Of a DNA stretch of 64,000 nt, positions 33,601-46,251 are shown piece by piece (the first letter of the stretch is position 1; each line of letters begins with the position of its first letter). Below the pieces are notes generated by a model. The model searched no databases. It was not told the DNA's origin and saw nothing but the letters and a program-made list of their open reading frames with translations. Made by a program: the position numbers and the translations under genes. The DNA lies in NCBI GenBank assembly GCA_000002445.1, contig CP000069.1, positions 448,001 to 512,000 of the forward strand. The letters are read 5' to 3'. This DNA is from Trypanosoma brucei. Its lineage: Eukaryota.

Positions 33601-36319
33601 CGTGTATATAAATGTGACCGTCTAGCGGTCGCTACGACGTTTAAATGTGATGTCTGCGATGAGGTATGTGTTACCAGAAGAAGTACTCAGAGGTAGCGGA
33701 GTCAGCGCAATTTAAATCAAGTTTCTAACGGCGTGTATAGCCGGAAGTTAATGAAACCGACTCCACCCATGCCATACCCGACCCATGCAGACATTAATGC
33801 TGCAGAGAGAAAGGGAGTAATCACATCATACTCTTCATGAGTGGGTGGAGGGGCTCAAAATTGTTGTGAAATTGCAGAAACGGTGAAATAGTTTGACGGA
33901 GAAAAATACCTAGTTTTAATTACTCACGCGTAACTCAAAAATTGCTGACGCCGCCGAATATTTTTACTTGGCTTAACTTGTCGACAGATGACGATACGCG
34001 TACATAAGGGAACAACATTTTAGTGATTGGAAAATTGCATTTCCGTACTGCTGTGGTGTAGAACCAGCATTGGCGTCAACAAAATTAACAAAAGTTCTGC
34101 TTGCACTACCCTGACTTGGCTATTTCAGTTGTGAAAAGTTGATGGAGACAATTAAAGAGTTTCCGGAGAGGAGAACTGTTGCAGATCATGTTTTCTTCTA
34201 GTTAACACACTGACTGTGTTGCCTTATGGCAATTACACTGGGTGAAGGGCAGTTCGTGTGTGCATTGGAGATCTTTCGGTTAGTTTATTACTAAATCTTT
34301 TTGACAGTTTGGTGCTCCCCGTAACCGACATGTTTGCTTTAGAGCATGTTTACTCTGGATCATGTCCATGTAAATTACCTGTTAAAGGCTATGTTATTGT
34401 TTAAGTAAGGCCCTCTATTTGCATTCTATGCAACACTTCATTTGCGATGCGGGCGCACTTTCGCTACTGTTTGTCGTTCCGCCTATCCTGAATTTTAAAT
34501 GCTAGCGCTCGGTGTCCAAGCGTTTTTAGCGTGGCATTCAGAGCATCTACCGCTGTCGTTTTCAACAAGATGAGGTAAATTTTCTGCCGACCGTCGCATG
34601 GATCCTTTACACAATGATTCTGTGGTTGCCTCATCTATGTTTAAACTTTGCGAATGTGTTTATGCTTGGCGTCCTGTTGTATTCATTCCACTTTTCATGC
34701 TTTCCTATGAGAAAAAAAATACACAAATTTCGTTGCCTTTTAGTCTGCACAGCGTTGACGGTGAAGTGGTGACTGTGGTGCTGGTTGTTTAGCATTTACA
34801 TAGTTCTATCCTGTTGTGCAATCACCGGAGCAGTTACTGCACAACGTTTTGTTTGTGTGTTCGCGAGTTTTTTTTAATTACTTGGGAAGAGTTGGATAAA
34901 TAACCTTTTTTCATCCGTAAAGTGAACGAAATGACAAATGCCGATGGTGTAGCAAAGAAGCACCGTTTCACTCTCCGTTTACATTTACCAACTTCTGACA
35001 ATATCTGATTGTACATCTTTTATTGGAATGCTAAAAATATAAGAGGTGTGAAGCCCGTGAACCCATATGAAAGCGCTGAGAAGTTATCGGAATCATCATG
35101 TAGAATATGTTGGGGGACTCCCCCCTTTTCAGTTTTGCTGATGCACCTAACTAATAATCACATTTAAGTAGGGTGGTACATTTCACACGGCGTATAATAC
35201 ACCTGGTAAATTAACTTGCTTACCTAGTGTTGGCTGTAGCATTTCCAGGGGAAAGTGGGTTGGACGTGACATCTTCGCTTACAGGACTTGAAAAAGCTGC
35301 ATCTTTGAGTAACTGTTTGTCGGTAATCAATTTTTTTATTATTAAAAAGGACCTTAGTGGTCACTGCTGTTTTCATACCCCAGGGATGTATTTTTTGATT
35401 GCATAAACTCACCTTGTGGGGCCAAGTCTACTGAAAAGGAATGATACATCTTGGGAAGTGCATGTATGCGGTCTCATGGGTCAGGAGAGTGAGTAAGGTG
35501 AACTGCTGAAATTCATGTCGTTTATGTTGGGGCTTCCGCCAACAGCATGCTGCCAAGACGCACCAGTAATGTTCCACACTGTGCGGAAACATCCCCCCTC
35601 CCCGTACATACCGCCAGGGCATGGCAATACTTTCTTCTGGAATGTGCATTACTTTTGATCAACAGGAAATGCTTAACCACCGCTTGAGGATTAAATTGTT
35701 GCCACTGACTGTTTCGAACGTGAGGTTATCTCGATGTGTTTTTGAGTATTTTTTTTTTTTTTGCGGAATGTTTTCCCCACCCCTCTCATTTTATGCTTGA
35801 TTCTTACCACGTGGCGCGGATTCTGTCTGAATTTGACGCAACTCGTTCAGGGTTAATGGGAGGAAGTGGTGTTGGAAACATTGACCTATTATTGAAGGGA
35901 TAATGATATGACATGGAGGTACAGGAGGTACCGGTGGCGCTGCCTCAAATGAGGCCTAATCCGTAAAACCAGGCAATTGTTAACCCAAGCGATGGTTCAT
36001 TTCCCCAATGAACCTTCGCTACCTTAATATATATGGGTTCTGCGGTTTTCGTTTTGATGTCGCAGTTTTTTGGAGCGGGCTTTTGGGTGTTTCATAACAG
36101 AGCCGAGTCATACTCAATAGTTGCTGTAGTGTCAATGTTTATTTATGTGGGCTTCTTTGTGTTCCTTTGCTTTTTCTGTGCTTGTTGCGTGTTGTATGTG
36201 GAATGCTTTATTATTTTTTTTCCTGTGTGTGTGTGTATTTATGGGGTTTCTGTTGATGTGGGGTAAGTTGTACTTCTGAGGGCTACAGGAAGTAAGACAT
36301 AGAAATACGGAAAATAGCA
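27632..36319. promoter_or_regulatory. Divergent strand-switch region, ORF-poor (~8.7 kb), between the minus-strand gene run and the plus-strand gene. Putative RNA Pol II transcription start region with GT-rich tracts at 33.2-36.3 kb
   Basis: No ORF above ~190 aa on either strand. Flanking genes diverge. GT-rich runs on the top strand (e.g. 36150-36260, 33250-33300, 34840-34870) as reported for trypanosome transcription start regions. Confidence 0.45.
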
Positions 36320-37252
36320 ATGGCGACATTCACTTGCGGAGTGACGCTACTGCTTTTTTCTTTCCATTTCTTGGCAATTCAGTCAGAGGCAATTCCGCAC
36401 ATATGTGTTAATGCAGCTAATTATAGCCATACCCAGTTTGAAGAGTGTCTTACTCACATGTGTGACCTAAGCGAGGAGTTAAGTGCTTTTAAACGTACCG
36501 CGGTTTCCCTTAAGCGGCAAGCTACGGGAGACGCCGAAACTTCGAAATTGGCGCTGCAGTATATGGAAGAGGCACTTGAAAAGGTCCTCCACGTGACGCA
36601 GGGTGTGAAGGAAGGTAACAAAACGATCGGAACGGCCGCTGCAGTCAAGAAGTCCGTGATTGAGGCAAAAATTGCGTCAGACATAGCGGATGAAGAAGCT
36701 TCCAAAGTGGAGAGGAAATTAGATAAGGCTACGAGGGACGCAGGAAATGCAGAGAAAAACCTTCAGCGCATATTGATATACACCGCTAGAAAAGCTTGTT
36801 CGTCTGAGGGTATATCCTCTCAAGATGAGGAAGTAAAGGAGGCTCAGTGCAACGTAAGTACGGAGATCGTCTACAGCTGCACCCGCAGGCCGTTAAAGAT
36901 AAAGTCTGATACGTTACGTAAGACGTATGAAAGGCTTAAAAGTTTCACTCGGACGCCGAACAAGACAATAAACGAGCATTTACCGAAATGCCATATGTGG
37001 ACGGAATTACTCGAGCCGGCAGTGGCGAGCCTGACTGATATGGAAAAATCGGCGTCTGTTGCTCGTGCGTATAGAAACCAGGTAATCAAAGCGAGAGGGG
37101 AAGCGCAGCAAGCGGCATGGACAGTCGGCGTTACTGTTCAGGATGTGGATGGTTTGGATGAAGTGTCGGAGGAGGACGACTTTGCCCTTGCACCCGTGGT
37201 GCTCGTCGCGGTGCTTATTGTTGGCGCTGTGTTAATTGACCAGCACCCATAG
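36320..37252 (+). CDS. Predicted secreted or membrane-anchored protein (310 aa) with an N-terminal signal peptide and a C-terminal hydrophobic segment. The only plus-strand gene in the window
   Basis: Signal peptide MATFTCGVTLLLFSFHFLAIQSEA; helical A/K/E-rich ectodomain with N-glyc sequons; C-terminal LAPVVLVAVLIVGAVLIDQHP. The only long plus-strand ORF; no conflicting minus ORF. Confidence 0.6.
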   Translation: MATFTCGVTLLLFSFHFLAIQSEAIPHICVNAANYSHTQFEECLTHMCDLSEELSAFKRTAVSLKRQATGDAETSKLALQYMEEALEKVLHVTQGVKEGNKTIGTAAAVKKSVIEAKIASDIADEEASKVERKLDKATRDAGNAEKNLQRILIYTARKACSSEGISSQDEEVKEAQCNVSTEIVYSCTRRPLKIKSDTLRKTYERLKSFTRTPNKTINEHLPKCHMWTELLEPAVASLTDMEKSASVARAYRNQVIKARGEAQQAAWTVGVTVQDVDGLDEVSEEDDFALAPVVLVAVLIVGAVLIDQHP

Positions 37253-38545
37253 TAAAAAATGCAAACAACGATATTATATGTAAAGATATGCTGCTTGTAG
37301 GAGCAGTTGAGCCAATAGGTATAGACTTGCGATCTTTGCTTCTGTCCTTTCACCTTCTTCCGGCGGATGTGGCACGGTAATTTGTTAACGTGAATAATCC
37401 CGCTAGTAGTGTTTTACGTGACCCCATATAGTTTATTTTTGAATGCTTTAATTAGATAATTTCTTTTTTTTTTTTCAGGGAATCGACTTTGCGTGTCTAA
37501 CTCACGTTCATGGTCATCTGACCTTCCTTGGTTTGGCCGAATTCCATTACTGGACGACGTGATCACCCCACCATTTGGATAAGAGTGTGCATCTCTACCT
37601 TTTCCCTTCCGTGTCGTTTACATTTCCTCTTCATGTTGTTCGTCAGGGCCTCTACTGATGGTTGGAAATAGGGGCAACATGATCGGGCTGCGGCGTAAGG
37701 GAGAGCAAAGAAGCAAGGGAGAGTGCAAACCTTACATTGCCACGGCATATTTTTCTGTACTCGTCCCCGAGTTGTATTTGTATTGTAGAGTGTTGAGATA
37801 TCCTCGGCAGGGGAGACCGGCGGTTGCGGCTCCAGTTTCCCATAAAAACAGCGTAAAAGAAAAAGAGGTGATTGGGACCCATTTCATTGTGATGAGCACA
37901 TCAAACTTTGACGTTTCAGTGGTGGACCGCTGTTGAACCAGTTTGGGGGCAACATTTTGCCTGAGGTTGTCCAAACATGAACGGGCAAAGAATGGCTTCA
38001 CAAGCTCAAGGTTCCTAGTTGTGCCACTTTAACGCCCTGCTTCCTGATTTGAATGTTGTTATGAACCACACGCGGGGTGTTATGCATGGGAGCTCTGACC
38101 ACGAGGTGACAGGGCCGAGCTGCGTGTTCTCGCCGAGGTGCCGCATCCACGGGTGTCAACACACGAAACTAACGTTTGAACAACGGAAAGACGGAGTAGA
38201 CGCTGTAAATGCGGTGAGCACATCAAACAAATACGCTCCCGTTGTGGGACTTATTCCAGCAGTAGGAATAAGCACCAGGATAAAGGTACAATGAAAAGTA
38301 TGGATGATGGGACTCTCCTGGTATCAATGTTGGGTCCAAAGACCATCCAATGCCCAACCAAACACACTGAACAACTTGCACTCACGAAACACGCGCGGCA
38401 ACAAGGACGGACACTAGGAAAGCGACGCAACAATATGAAGATAGAGCGCGAGATTTTTTTTAGTGGATTTACCGCTTTGCTCATTCGTCAAGGTCCTTGG
38501 AGAATAGTGTGAGGTGGAAGGCCTCGTGCAGACATGATTGCCACT
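37253..38545. terminator. Convergent strand-switch region (putative Pol II termination zone) between the plus-strand gene and the array-containing minus-strand gene run
   Basis: Gene orientation converges here. No long ORFs. Confidence 0.35.
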
Positions 38546-39112
38546 TCACAGAAACATGGAAAAATTCATTTGAGAGGTGTTTGTTCTAAAGGATGTAGAA
38601 TCGGAGGCGCTGTCTCCCTTTCCCTTGCCGTGCAGATACCCAAACAACAAGGGGTGAAAGTTCCCGTCGACCGAAGCCACGACACTCAAGATGGCACACC
38701 AAAAGATGGCGAGATGCTGTTTCTGGGAGTGCAAATGGGCATGTCGAACCGCTGCGCCCAGTGCCAAAATAAAACAATCGACTAGGGTTAAAGCGGCGGC
38801 AAATGGAAAATGTAACGCACCGGGCCGTAGGTCACTAACCAACTGAAGTAAAGGCTCGAAGGGGATCCTGCCGCGCCGCGAACTGTCAAAAAAACGGAGA
38901 CCAAAAACATTCCACAAACAGCAGAATCCCGGAAACCTCAATACTATCAGCACGAAGTACCTCGCACTCTCCATATTAAGTCGTGCCCATACCAACCGAG
39001 CCCCAAAGACAACAGCATCGCAGCCGCTACACAAGTTTCCATTTTCAATCTTCCTCCTTCCTCTGACAAATGCGGTCGCCAACGAGACACGTAGCGCCAC
39101 GTTCCACATCAT
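38546..39112 (-). CDS. Hydrophobic hypothetical protein (188 aa) directly abutting the left edge of the tandem array
   Basis: Co-oriented ORF with several hydrophobic segments. Its start codon lies within ~20 nt of the array boundary sequence (catcatctcatagcttcctaatttgcac versus repeat ctcacataatctcataatttcctagtttgcac). No family recognised. Confidence 0.35.
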   Translation of the reverse strand: MMWNVALRVSLATAFVRGRRKIENGNLCSGCDAVVFGARLVWARLNMESARYFVLIVLRFPGFCCLWNVFGLRFFDSSRRGRIPFEPLLQLVSDLRPGALHFPFAAALTLVDCFILALGAAVRHAHLHSQKQHLAIFWCAILSVVASVDGNFHPLLFGYLHGKGKGDSASDSTSFRTNTSQMNFSMFL

Positions 39113-39652
39113 CTCATAGCTTCCTAATTTGCACTATACAAAAGGACAAAAAAAAGAGGAAAGATATTCACACAACAAAGCGCACTCAGTACCCATCCTC
39201 CCTCTAATGTTAGTTTCCCAACCAATATACTGCACATCATATGCGCAGTAAACGTGAGCTAATATATATGGATATCTGGTGACCGCAACTGGCGGTTGCA
39301 ACAATAGCCAATACGGTGCACATAAATTTTATGAGTTCTTACGAACAAAGTTATTCCATCAACAATATGAAACACAAGATGATATATAAACACACAAGAC
39401 AAACAAACCCCATCTCTGCCAAATGCACTTTTACATTTCTGCGGGTGAGCCATTATTGGAGTCCCGTGGCAGTAAACACTATTACAAACATTATTCGGGA
39501 AAGCTTTGAAATAAGATATATAAAATAAGGAAATCAGTAACACAACACATTTGAATGCTTACATTAGTTTATAGAATATTGATGCGTATGATAGCGTTGC
39601 GGCAAACAGTTTACATTGCAATATGCTTTTGAATCGTTCCTTATTATGATAG

Positions 39653-40708
39653 TCAGATAAAACAGAGGGATACTGATAGTAACGTAATTTTGAGTGAGGG
39701 AAATGATGCAATATTCTGTTTTTGTGTTTGTGTGGGTTGAGCATCGGAATCCTTTCGTGCTGCAGTTTGGGGTGCTGTTCTCGAGGGTTGCGCGCCTTCA
39801 GCTCCAGCTCCAGATTCCTTTAATGCTTTTACTTCCTCTTCATTTTTCGCTTTACCGTAAGTTCCCTTTAACTTTTTAACTTTCTCTCTCAACTTTTGAA
39901 GAGCTGCATCTCTTTTATTCATGTGACCCATCGCCTGATTCAACTGCTCAACCCACGGCTTTGAAGCAAGTGGATCAGGTTCCTCCTCAACTCTTGGCGG
40001 TGGGGGAACGCCGTGTGGTGGGAACGGAGGTTGTGGTGGTGCTGGTGGCGGCTGTGGAGATCCGTTGTTTTGGCCATCTGAATACCAATTTCGCAAATCC
40101 TCCAAGTCCTGTTTTATAGCCTTAACAGTAACCTCAACGCTACCAGATCCTACTGTACACCTACCTTTAAGTTCCTTCCATAACTGCAGACGGTCTTCCG
40201 GTGTTTGATGCTCCCTCTGATTTTGAGCAGTTCCCGCAACAAAGCAGCTTTCAGTGGCTCCACTTGCAGAGCTGCAAAGGCATACAATTTCTTTCGGTAT
40301 TGTTGTTGAACGGCTTGTTTCATTGCAGGGTTGGTTTTCCCCACGGGATCCAAAAGTTTTGTCCGCATTCTCGGTTTCGATGTCATCCCCATACGCTGCT
40401 TTCCGAAACGCTGTCCTGGCGCTATTTTCATGACTCTGCACTTCGTCTTCTAACTCTTTAACTTTATCCACCTCTGTTTTCAAAGCCGCTGAATCCCTGG
40501 CACCTTTATTAAACCACTGATAATTACTATCATCTTTTAACTTATCAATGTAATTTTCTTTCGCTCCCTTTTCCGCCTTCGTGAAGAGTCCACACAAAAG
40601 ATCAAATCCCTTCCCGTGCTTCCTGTAGTCTATCACGTTATCGTCTCCAGCCGTTACCAACGTTACCGACACTCCCACAACGACCACTTGTACAATTGCT
40701 TGCCACAT
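39653..40708 (-). CDS. Array unit 1: predicted GPI-anchored surface protein (351 aa)
   Basis: N-terminal signal peptide (MWQAIVQVVVVGVSVTLVTAG), a Cys-containing central domain, a proline-rich hinge (PQPPPAPPQPPFPPHGVPPPP), and a C-terminal tail identical to the other copies ending in the hydrophobic SLKITLLSVSLCFI. Confidence 0.8.
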   Translation of the reverse strand: MWQAIVQVVVVGVSVTLVTAGDDNVIDYRKHGKGFDLLCGLFTKAEKGAKENYIDKLKDDSNYQWFNKGARDSAALKTEVDKVKELEDEVQSHENSARTAFRKAAYGDDIETENADKTFGSRGENQPCNETSRSTTIPKEIVCLCSSASGATESCFVAGTAQNQREHQTPEDRLQLWKELKGRCTVGSGSVEVTVKAIKQDLEDLRNWYSDGQNNGSPQPPPAPPQPPFPPHGVPPPPRVEEEPDPLASKPWVEQLNQAMGHMNKRDAALQKLREKVKKLKGTYGKAKNEEEVKALKESGAGAEGAQPSRTAPQTAARKDSDAQPTQTQKQNIASFPSLKITLLSVSLCFI

Positions 40709-42368
40709 TCCTGTGATTCTTCATTATGCACGACAAAGCAAGAAACAAAAAACAGAATTCACATTAAACACAACAGTAATATCAAATAAATGTTGTCTAT
40801 CATGACATGCGCATGTATTATCCCACAGAGCAGTTATTGACTTTCAACCATCGGCGCAAAATGATATATCTTCAAAGGCAGAGCAAACAAACTAACATAA
40901 CATCCAACAGGCCATCTCAACAAGCTCACTATACACGAGGATAGTAAATTCGTCAAATCACTTTACAGATGCCATCGTCGTGATTTCCATTAAACTTTCT
41001 GAATTCCATGTCCCTCTCTCTCTCTCTGAAAGGAATTTGCTTAAAGCATAACATCTAATTCCCCAAAAATGAGTTACACATCCCACATCAAGTCTTTCAC
41101 CCGCCTTACCCTGGTGTATTTCAATCACTCAACTTCTGACAATTCCTATATTCATATTCTTTTCGTTACACTTCCTTAAAATCCTTCCAGACAACCAAGC
41201 ACATCACATTGTTTTATCTTTACATCACTATTAAATGAACAGCAAAAAAAAAATGTACACATCTCCAACACACATGCCGAGTAAACTTCTTGACACCTGA
41301 GGCCGCTCCCACTCCAATCTCGATGGCCTTAACATCAATAACACTCTTGACTAACACTAATATTATTGTGTGATAAAAGAATTGGAAGGATACATTCCCT
41401 AACATGATACCGAAAATTACTGAAACACAAATGTGTAAAGAGTCTAGGAATGGATATACAAAAGGTGGTGTTTAGTAAGAGAAGGGCAATTAACTGCCAC
41501 CCGGAGTGTCTATTTCGTTTAACCTCATCCCGTATATTGTCAACAATACAAAGTCTTATAAAACACACCACCAGTTGTTCTCCAATAAATATACGTTATA
41601 CATGCCAATATCACAAACACTGCAACATCCTCTTTCTTCAACACTTCAAATACGTAACTCATATATCACTTGCTAAAGGTCTTAGTACCATATCCATGCC
41701 TCACTGAAGGGTTTGTGCCGTAACCCAATTAAATGTTGCTTCCTCTCCTCCTTCCATTTCCTCACAATAGGATACGCAGAGCTGCAACTTTGTAATATGT
41801 GCGCAGTTGATGGGGACTTCAGCCGTTATCACTTTAAATTGCAAATGGAAATTCTGAAACAATTCCAATACTCCCTCATGAATACCAACTGTTGCGTGTG
41901 TGTCTCCCATATACCGGCAGTTGCCATTACTGCAATGTTATGCTCAATGAGGATCTTTTTAATATCAAGTGTTAACGGCAACTATTTTATTGTTCATGTC
42001 AGGCTCATATTCATGTAAGTGAAATGGGTGAAACTGTTCTTTTCCTTACTTTGCATTATATAAATAAGAGGAAATAAGGGATGCTTGTTAGAGGCACGCA
42101 ACAGACACATACACATATGAGAGTTTCCATCCAACAATACATACATACCCTTTAAATAGTCCACCAACTGGAGGATGACACCAGCATGTCAGTGAGGGAA
42201 GCAGTATGTCTAGGAATAACATAAAAGACACGCGTGAAGGAATTTACATATTTGTTGCCTTGCTTTGCCTGCTGCGAATACCATATCACCTCCATCAGTA
42301 AAGTTACGGAATTCGGTAAACTTCCATGAATGCACATAAGCAACTGATACACACACACTTTTCCCTTC

Positions 42369-43034
42369 CTATTCCTCTCCTGCACAACTCACATGTTCAC
42401 TTGACGCACTGTCATCCGCTGCAGCAAGTAACTGTTGTCTTCCAGGTGGTTTCTCTCCAGTCAATGCACCACAGAAGCTTACAGTTACTGGCAAAACGGG
42501 TCTGCCCACATCATCAAGAGGAACTGCCTCAAGTTTCTCTAGCAGTGAGAGATCATCAATGGCACGTCCAAACACAACTTGCTTGAAATCAAGAGATGGA
42601 GAAGGACCAAGTGTAATGCCAAATACGGAGCCACTTGTGTGAGGACCCTCAGAGATCATTGTGAGGAGCCCACGTTCCGTGTGTCGGTGACGGTATCCTT
42701 CATCCGCTATTGGTGTGCCAGTGGAGGAGAGGTTAAAGGAATCCAATTCACCCAACACAATGATATTATTGTTGTGATCCACATGATGCACTTGTGTGCC
42801 AAGGTAATCCAATTTCACACCCGTGTTGGTGTCAATCCCACATGACCCAGTGATTAATGCCCTGAAGTTTTCTACGGTTTGTGGCACTACATCGTCAAAG
42901 AGCTCAAATACCAGTCGTCCGCTGAGAACGTCATCAATAGACATATCCAGGAAGGCACGGCAGGAGTTCTGTTCCTCCTTCATGCGATGACTCCGCTGGT
43001 AATTTTCCCATTCCTTTAAGCGGTGCTGTCTCAC
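42369..43034 (-). CDS. Array unit 1: divergent cyclophilin-like protein (PPIase-fold, probably non-catalytic)
   Basis: Matches the cyclophilin core: VFELFDDVVPQTVENFRALITG versus CypA [23 protein letters not shown], and TMISEGPHTSGSVFGITLG versus SMANAGPNTNGSQFFICTA. The functional start is probably the internal Met at 42983 (MKEEQNSC..). Confidence 0.8.
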   Translation of the reverse strand: MRQHRLKEWENYQRSHRMKEEQNSCRAFLDMSIDDVLSGRLVFELFDDVVPQTVENFRALITGSCGIDTNTGVKLDYLGTQVHHVDHNNNIIVLGELDSFNLSSTGTPIADEGYRHRHTERGLLTMISEGPHTSGSVFGITLGPSPSLDFKQVVFGRAIDDLSLLEKLEAVPLDDVGRPVLPVTVSFCGALTGEKPPGRQQLLAAADDSASSEHVSCAGEE

Positions 43035-43581
43035 ATAATCTCATAATTTCCTAGTTTGCACTTTACAAAAGGACAAAAAAAAAAGTAAATATATTGACAC
43101 AACGAAGCACACTCCGTACCCATCCTCCCTCTATTGTTAGTTTCCCAACCAATATACTGCACATTATATGCACAGTAAACGTAAGCTAAAATATATAGAT
43201 ATCTGGTAACCGCAACTGGCGGTTGTAACACTAGTCAATACGGTGCACATAAATTTTATACGAGTTCTTACGAACAAAGTTATTCCATCAACAATATGAA
43301 ACACAAAATGATATATAAACACACAAGACAAACAAACCCCATCTCTGCCAAATGCACTTTTACATTTCTACGGGTGAGCCATTATTGGAGTCCCGTGGCA
43401 GTAAACACTATTACAAACATTATTGGGGGAAGCTTTGGAATAGGATATATAAGACAAGGAAATCAGTAACACAACACATTTGAATGCTTACATTAATTTA
43501 TAGAATATTGATGCGTATGATAACGTTGCGGCAAACAGTTTACATTGCAATATGCTTTTGAATCGTATTTCATTATGATAG

Positions 43582-44607
43582 TCAGATAAAACAGAGGGAT
43601 ACTGACAGTAACGTAATTTTGAGTGAGGGGGATGATGCAATATTCTGTTTTTGTGTTTGTGTGGGTTGAGCATCGGAATCCTTTCGTGCTGCAGTTTGGG
43701 GTGCTGTTCTCGAGGGTTGCGCACCTTCAGCTCCAGCTCCAGATTCCTTTAATGCCTTTACTTCCTCTTCATTTTTCGCTTTACCGTAAGTTCCCCTCAA
43801 CTTTTCGACTTGCTCTCTCAACTTTTGAAGAGCCTCATCTCTTCCCTTCATGTGGTCTGTTGCCTCATTCAAGTTCTTAACCCACGGCTTAGAAGTAAAT
43901 ATATCAGGCTCCTCCTCAGGCATTGGTGGACCGCCGGGCGGCGGGGGTGGTGGACCGTCATGTATTGGTTTTTCAGGATACAATCCTCGCAAACCCTCCA
44001 AGTCCTTTCTTATGGCATCAACAGTAACCTCAACTCTATTGATACCCTTTGTACATTTTCCCTTAAGTTCAACCCATGCCTGAAGACCGTCTTCGGCGTT
44101 TCCGTTCTGGCCATACTCTCGGGCTTTCCCGCTCCCAAGGCAGTAGTCGGTGGCCTCACCAACAGAGCTGCAAGTGCAGACAATTTCTTTTGGTAATGCT
44201 GGCCACTCGCTAGCTGGGTTACAGGGCTGGTTGCCCCCATGGGACCCAAACGTTTTGTCCGCATCCTCTTTTTCAATGTTTTCCCCATACGCTGCTTTTT
44301 GAAACGATGACCTGGCGCCATTTTCATGACTCTTTACTTCGTCTTCTAACTCTTTAACTTTATCCACCTCCGCTTTTAAAGCTGGTGAATCCCTGGCATC
44401 TTTATTAAACCACTGATAATCTTCGGTTTCTTTTAACTTATCGAGGTGACTTTTTTCTTTCGCTCCCTTTTCTGCCTTCGTGAAGAGTGAGCACAAGAGA
44501 TCAAATCCCTTTTTGTTTTTTTCATGGTCAACTGCGTTATCGTCTTGAGCTGTTATCCGCGTTACCAACACTCCCACCATGACCACTTTCATAATTACTC
44601 TCCACAT
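43582..44607 (-). CDS. Array unit 2: predicted GPI-anchored surface protein (341 aa)
   Basis: Same architecture and invariant C-terminus. The central domain and a shorter Pro hinge (GPPPPPPGGPPMPEEEP) differ from the other copies. Confidence 0.8.
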   Translation of the reverse strand: MWRVIMKVVMVGVLVTRITAQDDNAVDHEKNKKGFDLLCSLFTKAEKGAKEKSHLDKLKETEDYQWFNKDARDSPALKAEVDKVKELEDEVKSHENGARSSFQKAAYGENIEKEDADKTFGSHGGNQPCNPASEWPALPKEIVCTCSSVGEATDYCLGSGKAREYGQNGNAEDGLQAWVELKGKCTKGINRVEVTVDAIRKDLEGLRGLYPEKPIHDGPPPPPPGGPPMPEEEPDIFTSKPWVKNLNEATDHMKGRDEALQKLREQVEKLRGTYGKAKNEEEVKALKESGAGAEGAQPSRTAPQTAARKDSDAQPTQTQKQNIASSPSLKITLLSVSLCFI

Positions 44608-46251
44608 AGATGTATACCTTTATTATTCGTAATAACAACACAGTAAAAAATAATAGAACATTCATAATAAACACTACAATAATATCAAATCAATGTTGTC
44701 TATCATAACATTGCGTATATTATCCCACAGAGCAAGTGTTAATTTTAAACTCTCGGCAGAAAGTGATATATCTTGCACAGGCAGAGCAAACAGGCTGAAA
44801 TAAAATAGCACCCAACAGGCCATCTCCACAAGTTCACTATACACACAAGAATGATAAATTCACTCAGTTACTCAACAGATGCCAGATATTTGATTTCCCA
44901 TAAACTTTTTTTATTCCTTACTGCTCTAACTCTCTGAAAGGAATTTCCCTCATACAGTAGATTCAGCTGGGTCAAGAAGAGGCACACATCCCACCTCAAC
45001 TTTTTCACCTGCCCAATTTCGGTTTATTTCGGCCAGATACCTTATGATAATTCCCATACTCATATCATTATAGTCACACTTTCTCCATGTCCTCTCAGAC
45101 ACACAAACAAATCATGTTCCTCAATCTTCACATCGCTGTTAAAAACAACAACAGCAAAAAGAAAATACCCACGGTATATTCATTGCTATCTTGTTCCAAA
45201 GCTAGTTCCGTGACCGTAACGTCAGCGACATTCCCTACGAACACAAATATTATCATGTGATAAAAGAATTGGAAGGACACATTTCCTAATATGAAACCGC
45301 AAATCACTGAAACACAAATGTGTAAAGTGTCTAGGAATGGATATACAAAAGGTGGTGTTTAGTGAGGGAAGGATTATTAACTGCCACCCAGTGTGTCTAT
45401 TTCTTTACACCTCATTTCGTATATTGTCAACAATACAAAGTCTTATAAAACATACCATCAGTTGTTCTCCAATAAATATACGTTATACATGCCAATATCA
45501 CAGACACTGCAACATCCTCTTTCTTCAACACTTCAAATACGTAACTCATATACTACTTGCTAAATGTCTTAGTACCATATCCATGCCTCACTGAAGGGTT
45601 TGTGCCGTAACCCAATTAAATGTTGCTTCCTCTCCTCCTTCCATTTCCTCACAATATGATACGCAGAGCTGCAACTTTGTAATATGTGCGCAGTTGATGG
45701 GGACTTCAGTGGTTATCACTTTAAATTGCAAATGGAAATTCTGAAACAGTTCCAATACTCCCTCATGAATACCAACTAGTGTGTGTCTCCCATATACTAG
45801 CAGTTGTCATTACTGCAATGTTATGCTCAATGAGGATCTTTTTATTATCAAGTGTTAGCGCCAACTATTTTATTGTTCATGTCAGGCTCATATTCATGTA
45901 AGTGAAATGGGTGAAACTGTTCTTTTCCTTACTTTGCATTATATAAATAAGAGGAAATAAGGAATGCTTGTTAGAGGCACTCAACAGACACATACACATA
46001 TGAGAGTTTCCATCCAACAATACATACATATCCTTTAAATAGTCCACCAACTGGAGGATGACACCAGCAGGTCAGTGAGGGAAGCAGTATGTCTAGGAAT
46101 AATATAAAAGACACGTGTGACAAAATTTACATATTTGTTGCCTTGCTTTGCCTGCTGCGAATACCATATCACCTCCATCAGTAAAGTTACGGAATTCGGT
46201 AAACTTCCATGAATGCACATAAGCAACTGATACACACACTCTCTTCCCTTT

